Shown piece after piece: positions 57,640-64,000 of a stretch of 64,000 nucleotides of DNA; position 1 is the stretch's first letter; every line of letters starts with the position of its first letter. Position numbers and translations under genes: made by a program. A model generated the notes under the pieces. It was not told the origin of the DNA. It did not search any database and was given only the letters and a program-made list of their open reading frames with translations. The stretch is from Camelus dromedarius. Taxonomy: Eukaryota. The DNA lies in contig NC_087438.1 of assembly GCF_036321535.1 (NCBI RefSeq), positions 372,001 to 436,000 of the forward strand. The letters run 5' to 3'.

Positions 57640-60070
57640 ACAGAAAGGACCAGAGGTGCTAGTTACTGGCGCTGGATCAGTCATGGAGTTTAAAGTAACT
57701 GAGTGCCGGGTGCAGAGAAGCAAGGGGCAGTGCACGCCATGTGCAAAGGAGAAAAGGACAAGGTGAGGAATTCCAGCCAAGAACTGGGAGCTGTAAGAGG
57801 CAGCTCTGAAGAAAGAACACCTTAGAAATTCCAGCCCCCAAAGCACAACAATTAAAATTCAGAATTTGGCAGATGGGTTTCACAGCACAGTAGATTCAAC
57901 ACAGCAAAAAGAATGTGTGGGAATTGGAAATATCCCAAGACAACACCTCAACGTGGTGGAAACGTGTGTGCACACACACGTGTGTGTGTGTGTGTATTGT
58001 GTACACACATGAAAATCAGGCAGGTCAACTGCCACCTAAGAAGTTAAGAAGAAACCTCAGCAAATTAGGGACAGAAACAACAGAAACAATGAAGATAAAG
58101 GTAAAAATTAATAAACCGGAAAACAAATCTACAATACAGAGGCCTACAACCTCAAAAGTTAATGCCATGAAAGCACTGATAAAATTGATAAATTTATCAA
58201 CTGGGGACGTTAATCAAGAAAAAGAAAGAGAAGGTCAAAACTGCAGCATAGGAATGGAAAATGAGGACGTCCCTGCAAGTTCTATAGATCCTAGAGATTA
58301 AAATACAGTAGGAGAATATTATGAACAATTTTAATCCAGTACATTTGATAATGTAAATGAAACACACAGAATTCTAAGAACAAAACGAAAGCCACCTTAC
58401 CAAAAGGTAACAAGAAGAAATAGATACTCTTATCATTGTTCTTATAATTACTACCAATTCTTATAATTATGAAGGACTCAAATCCTTGTTTAAAACTCTT
58501 CTCACAAAGAAAACTCCAGGCCTAGACGGCTTCCCCAGCAGACTCTACCTTATGTTAAAAGAAGAAATGATGTCAGTCTTACACAAATCCTTCCAGAGAA
58601 GAGCAGAAGATGAAACACCCCACCTCCCACTCATTTTGGCTAAAATAATCTTGGTACCAAAACCTGGTAAGGGCAGCTCAAGGACAGAAAATTTTATGCC
58701 AATCTCGTTTACGAACAAAGATGCAAAAACACTACACAAAATCCTAAAAAGCTGAATCTGGTAAGAGATAAAAAAGATCAACATCTTACAGTCAAGTTGG
58801 GCATATGCCAGGAATGCAAGGTTGGTTTAACATTAATCAATATATTTCATCACATAAGAGAACAGAGACCCAAAATCAGGTCACCGTCTTGATAAATGCA
58901 GGCGAAGCATTTGATGGAGTTCAGCATTGATTCACCATCAAACGTCTCAGCAAATTAAAAAAAGAAGGAAATTCCTTAATTTGATACTGAGTGCCTTAAA
59001 AGAACTACAAAAATCATCATACTTAACAATAAACTATTGAAAGATTTCGAGCTGGAGTGAGAGGAGGACGCAGGCCCACATCACCACTTCTCCGCACCGT
59101 CAGTGACAAGGCAAGGAAAGGAAGTGACGATACAAGCGTCACAGGGGAAGGAATGAAACTCGCATTATCTGCAGTTTCCATGGCTGTGCAATCCCAGGAA
59201 GGTTGCTGAAATCAACGTGAGTTTAGCAAGGCCTCTGGATACATGGTCAACACACAAAACTCTATCTTACGTCCTTGTAGCAGCAAAAACAGACAATAAA
59301 AGGTATTTAAAAGTACACCACTAAAATATTGTGAGGAAACAGCAATTAGCTACTAAAAAGTGTAACAAAAGAAACAAAAGATGGTTAAGACAGTCGACAA
59401 AGAAAACTGAAGCACTGTTGAAAGAATAGTATTACGAATGCTGGTTCATGCGTAACATACAAAGATATCAATTATCTCTAATTCATCCACAGTTTTAATT
59501 TAATCCAAATAAAACTTCCAAAACTGCTTATGTCTGGGTATTGAGACAAGCTGAATGTAAAACACATACGAAAAGGCAAAGGGCCATGAATAAACCAGAG
59601 ATCTTGAAGGAGGGGCAGGTGGAGGGTCTGCCCCTGCTGGGGACTTGCCAGGAGGTCCTGGAAATGAGGACGGCCCGGTGTGTGGTCCCGGTGGAAGGAC
59701 AGAGAGTAAACCACCAGGCCGGAGAGCCCCAATCCATCCACACACGTGCAGCGACAGGCTTACGACAGGGGTGCCCTGCAGGGACGGGGGGAAGAGATGC
59801 TCTCAGTAAATGGGCTGACTGAATAGACACGTGGGGAAAATGAAAACTCATGCAGGTTCAGGTAAACATTCAGGCTGCAGGAAAGGCAACCTCAGGAAGG
59901 TGAGGCTTGAGGGTATCTGACGTCCTGGGGGTGGGGAAGGCTCCCTACAAAGGACACAAACCCACCACCTCCTTGGAAAAGGTCCTGGGATGGCACCAGA
60001 TTAAAATTAAGAACTTCTGTTCACCAAAAAATATCATTGAGGGAGTGAGAAGGTGGGCGGCACGCGGCAA
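57640..60070 (+). mobile_element. Degenerate L1M tract (ORF1 end and ORF2) in TPPP intron 1
   Basis: A-rich; aaactccaggcctagacggcttc, aattttatgccaatctcgtttacgaacaaagatgcaaaaacact, ccaggaatgcaaggttggtttaacatt, attaaaattaagaacttctgttca. Confidence 0.82.
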
Positions 60071-63000
60071 CGCTGCTTGTCTCCAGAATCCACAGAGAGC
60101 ACGGCAGGCAGCAAGAATGACAGCTCTGGAGACGCAGCCAGGGGGCTAGAAGGGCCCCAGCACTCCAGCCGCCCCGCGACGGTGGGGGGTGCGGGGCTCT
60201 GCCCCATAAGCCGGAAACGCAGGCGCCAGCCCGACTTCGGGGAGCTGCCGGCACGTCCGGGCTGGAGAGAGGGACGCCGAGGGCCCCGGCCCTCCACTCC
60301 CGGGGTCTGCCCAGCAGAGTCACCTGCACGGTTCTGCAGAGAAAGCGGCCGGAAGGCTCAGCAGCCCCGTGCACAGGAGCCAGAAAACGGGAGTAACCAA
60401 ACCCACCACCCACACAGCCGGCCTGGAGACGGCTGCGGGCGGGCTCCCCGCGGGGACGCATCGCGAGGACGGCCAGCACAGCAGAGCTCTGCGATGTCAC
60501 AGGGCTGACGGTCGGCGCTAAACCGCAGGCCCAGGAAACGCGCTCAGGTGGTAAGCCACAACAAAGGAAGAGCCTCCCCAGGAACAGGGGCGGGCAGCCA
60601 CCGCATCTGGCAGCCTCTGTGCTGCATCTGAAGGGTCCAGAAGGAGCAGCCTTGGGGACACCTGGGGACCAAGCACCCAGCAAAGCCTGGTGGACATGAG
60701 GTGAGGCCCAGGTGAGCTGGGTGAACCGTCTTCCTACAAAAGCGGCTCGGTCTGCAGCCCGCACCTCGCAGGCGCAGAGACTCAGGGGGGCGATGTGTAA
60801 GGCCTGGACCAGGTCGCCTGGAGAATGCTGGCTTCTGTGGCATTCTCGCTGGAGTGAGAGCTTCCTAGGGCGGAGGTCGCACTGGCTCACCTGGGCTGGC
60901 TCACCTGGCACTGGGCAGGTGTCAACAAATGTCTGTTGAACAAATAGGTGCAACAGGGACACAGGATGAGACCTCAGGAAATGTGGCCCAGGGCAGGAGA
61001 CAGAGACTAGGGACACACCGGGGACACGCCAAGGGCACAGAGAAGCTGTGCAGAGGGAGTGGAGGGGGGCCGAGAAAGGGCTCCGAGGGGTCTTAACTTC
61101 TAGACTGGAAGGGAGGCGAGGGCCGCCCTCCGTTCCACAGCTCTGACTGGAAAAAGGAACCCGGGCATGAGCCGCTCTCCCAGGGCGAGCTCGCAATTCC
61201 CCTGCCGAAGGGGTCGCAGAAGACACCCTGGTTCGGTGCCAAAGTCAAAGCACCGCCCTTTCCTTGCGCCCTGTGAAAGACTTTTCACACTTCTTCATCA
61301 AAGAAGGTCCTCAGGGTTGGACACTGAGACTTCAGACTCCAGGGAGCCTCGCCGCACGCTGCCGCCCACTTAGAGGGGAAATCTGGGCCTGGAACCAGTC
61401 TTGCCTCCCTATCAGGAAACAAGATTTGGAGACAGTGCGACACGGCCCTGGGGGAGCTGCCCTTCCCCCACACACGCCTCCTGGGGGCTGCGCCCCCTCT
61501 GTGACGCCAAAAGGGCCAATCAAAGCCACTTCCAGGAACTAATGTGCAGTTGCCGCTCAGGAAGCTTCCTCTTGAAGAGGGGCTGCTGAGCCATGGTCGG
61601 GTGCAGTGGCGGGGATCCCACGGGTTGTGACACACGGCTACCTCTCCACCCGAAGAGGAGGCTAGTCTCGGGGTGGGGGGGTCAACAGTGGAGAGAGACC
61701 ACGTCAGAGCCCCAGACGCGGCCAGGCCCGCCAGGCAGCTCCACGCCTGCCCTCCCAGGACACCTCTGTCGCTGGGACAGCGGCAGCGCTGCTCCTCCTG
61801 CCTGGTCCCAGGCCCGCCTGGTCCAGGGCTTTGTGGGCTTGGGTGGACTTGGCTCAGTGCCCAGCCCCCTCGGTCTGGCCTGCTTTCTGGATGGTGCCAG
61901 GCCAGGCTCAGGGCACGGACCTCCTGGCCAAGGAGGACATGACGCTTCAAAGTGCAGGCTTCATGGCCCCAGTAGCCCCAGATGGCATCTCTTGTACATG
62001 CTCCTCCAGCCTCACCAGCAACATCACCAGCTATAAATAGGCCTGGCGCTAAGTCAGCACAGCCTCTCCCCAAGGAAGCTTTTAATTCTCAGCCTCTTCT
62101 GCAGGGAGTAGCTCCACTGCCCACCAGGGAGGGAAGCCACGTGGACGCTGCCCCGGAGGACAGCTTGGCTGCTCAAAGCTTCCTCTTAAACCTCAATCAG
62201 TGGTAAGTGATTTTAATTTTCTTTACGAAATTCTCCTGTGATTTGCACATTTCCCACAACAAGCATCTATAACTTTGTATGTAGCTAAAACAGTTTATTT
62301 ACTGCAACTTCAAAGGATTCAGAAAGATCAGCCAAACACACCGAGGAGATAAGGAGACGCCAACACAGCTTCCTCTGATCTCCATCACTTCGTGATTCCG
62401 AAAAGATGGAGAGGAATTTTCAATATGGTTCTTAAATCATGGTACCTTTCTGAGTCATGGGTCCCTCTGGAAATCACTGAAGCCACAGCCCCTTTCTCCA
62501 GAAAAACACAGACTGAGTGACAAGCACTTTGCAGACGCTCCCAAGAGATTCACCAGCAACACCGCCCCCCACCCCCAGCCATCACCCAGCCCGTTGTCTC
62601 CAACTATGTGGTGGGAACAGGGGCTGATGCCCGAGAAGGAATCATGGAGTCCGGTTTAAGGTGCCACAAACCGCCTGTCTCACTGGCCCCTTCTCTCCCC
62701 CCATTTCCGGCCTGTTCCAAGCACCCCCCACCTCCAGCCCCATGGCTCCATCCCCGGATGTGGTCCCAGTGCACTTGGAATTCAGGTCAGGGTTTACTGG
62801 CCACCTCCTAGGCGGCAGGGGCTGGCCTGGGCTCTGGGGAGGCCCCCACCCCAGCTTGCCCTCCCTGAGAGCCTAGCCATGGGGAGTCCTGGCAGGCTGG
62901 CAAGTGGTGGGGGCCATGGGAGCTAGGCCCTTTTATCGGCGTCCCCTGCGGACTCAGCAAGCATCCAATACATGTCAGGCAAATTAGCCAATAAACATGC

Positions 63001-63559
63001 AGACGGATGACTGCATAGGCAGCTTCTCCTAAAAGGTGTCTCATCTTCAGAGAACACAGCTCGCCTATCAAAACAACAGTCTGGGGAGGGCAGCCAAACG
63101 GGGCTTCTTCCCACCTCACTTCAAGGCTTCATTTACGTAACTGAAGCCGCAGAATAAAGGGTTCCTCAGGATCCTCCTTCAAAAGCGGGGCACTGGTCCC
63201 CAGAGGGGTGTGGAAAAAATATATTGGCAGCCAACCTCTTTATCTTGATTGCGGGTTCTGTGCCCACACGCGATAAGAAAACATAACACCCCTCCCGGGA
63301 AGCTTCTGGATTTGCAAACCGCAGTCTGACACTCTCACCTGCGCCGATCACGAACTGTAAAGCTAATGCCGACTGAGAGGGGCTTGAGACCCTGAGAGGG
63401 GCGGCAGAGTCCCCGCCAAAGGAACACGCTCATTCTGGGCCCCTGGACACAAACAGCCCTTCCTGTGGCCCTAGGTCTCCTAAAACTCGGGCCATATGAC
63501 AATGGCTCATTTCAGACCCTCTAAGCCCTATTTTCCCGCCGCCTGGCTAGCAGCCACCA

Positions 63560-64000
63560 CCCCAGGCCTGGGCGTTGAGGAACAGTGTTTATGTCGGTGG
63601 ACACGGAGAGGGGAGGGGCTGCAACGGGCGCTCTCCGCCGCGTTACGCACCGACGCGAAGAAAGGCCACAGCGCCTCCTCATTCAGGGCCCAATTATAAA
63701 CCTGTCCTTTGCACCGACGGCCACTCCCGCCCGCGCTCCTGCGCCCCCAGACCCGCGCCCCGATGCAGCCGCGGAGGCCAGAGCGCCGGGCGAATCGCCT
63801 GCAAGCTCCGGGCGCGGGGCGCACAGAGGCACTGGGCCTTGGGGAAGGGGCGCGGGCGCGCTCCGGGAATGAGTGGCGCGCACCGGCCTGCGGGAGCAGG
63901 TGGCAGGAGAAGCGGCGGGTCCTGCGCACCGCTCCCCGAGACCGAGCCCCGCGGCCACTTACCTCGGAGATGCGGCGACTGCAGCGGCGGCGCCTCCGCG
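63560..64000 (-). promoter_or_regulatory. TPPP: TPPP CpG island (exon 1 and start of intron 1; continues past the window)
   Basis: Very high CpG density around a consensus donor on the - strand. Confidence 0.85.
63963..64000 (-). other. TPPP: Probable TPPP non-coding exon 1 (3' part)
   Basis: Minus strand ...gcatctccgag|GTAAGTGG, a consensus donor in a CpG island ~13.8 kb upstream of the first coding exon; no ATG in the visible part. Confidence 0.8.

Noticed and set aside
58486-58755. ORF with clear L1 ORF2 similarity (KKTPGLDGF...ENFMPISFTNKDAKTLHKIL)
   Set aside because: Short surviving frame of a decayed L1, bounded by stops and frameshifts; not an active element or a domesticated gene.
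60021-61226. 401-aa minus-strand ORF and the many other 100-300 aa ORFs in GC-rich intronic or intergenic DNA
   Set aside because: Pro/Gly/Ala/Arg-rich low-information translations with no recognisable domain. Long ORFs are expected where high GC makes stops rare, and they overlap each other in several frames.

Overview
Mammalian genomic DNA, most likely a camelid (two copies of a tRNA-derived SINE resembling the camelid Vic-1 type; one 193-N assembly gap). It holds two convergent genes. CEP72 (+ strand) has 12 coding exons from 8164 to 36404, a CpG-island promoter and AATAAA at 36650; the protein is 617-647 aa depending on which exon-6 donor is used. TPPP/p25-alpha (- strand) has a non-coding exon 1 at the window end, coding exons 50176-49860, 44593-44440 and 44319-44125 (221 aa), and a ~3.4 kb 3'UTR. 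All splice junctions were checked by hand for GT-AG and phase. Most of the rest is old L1, MLT1, MER58 and Tigger1 debris plus GC-rich unique DNA; apart from ORFs overlapping real exons, the six-frame ORFs are treated as chance. I did not find a new multi-gene system. The most interesting signals: (i) sharply localised AT-to-GC rewriting of L1 fossils and CEP72 codons (GC3 63/64 in exon 3 vs 15/43 in exon 2); (ii) a candidate 37-nt poison exon in CEP72 intron 9 enclosed by an inverted-L1 stem; (iii) candidate upstream exons that join CEP72 exon 2 in frame; (iv) an in-frame, stop-free 120-nt TPPP intron with an ACUAAC branch point; (v) a 22-bp VNTR with 17 CAGGTG E-boxes in TPPP intron 1. Comparisons with human proteins and repeat consensuses are from memory, not from a search. 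Repeat boundaries are approximate.
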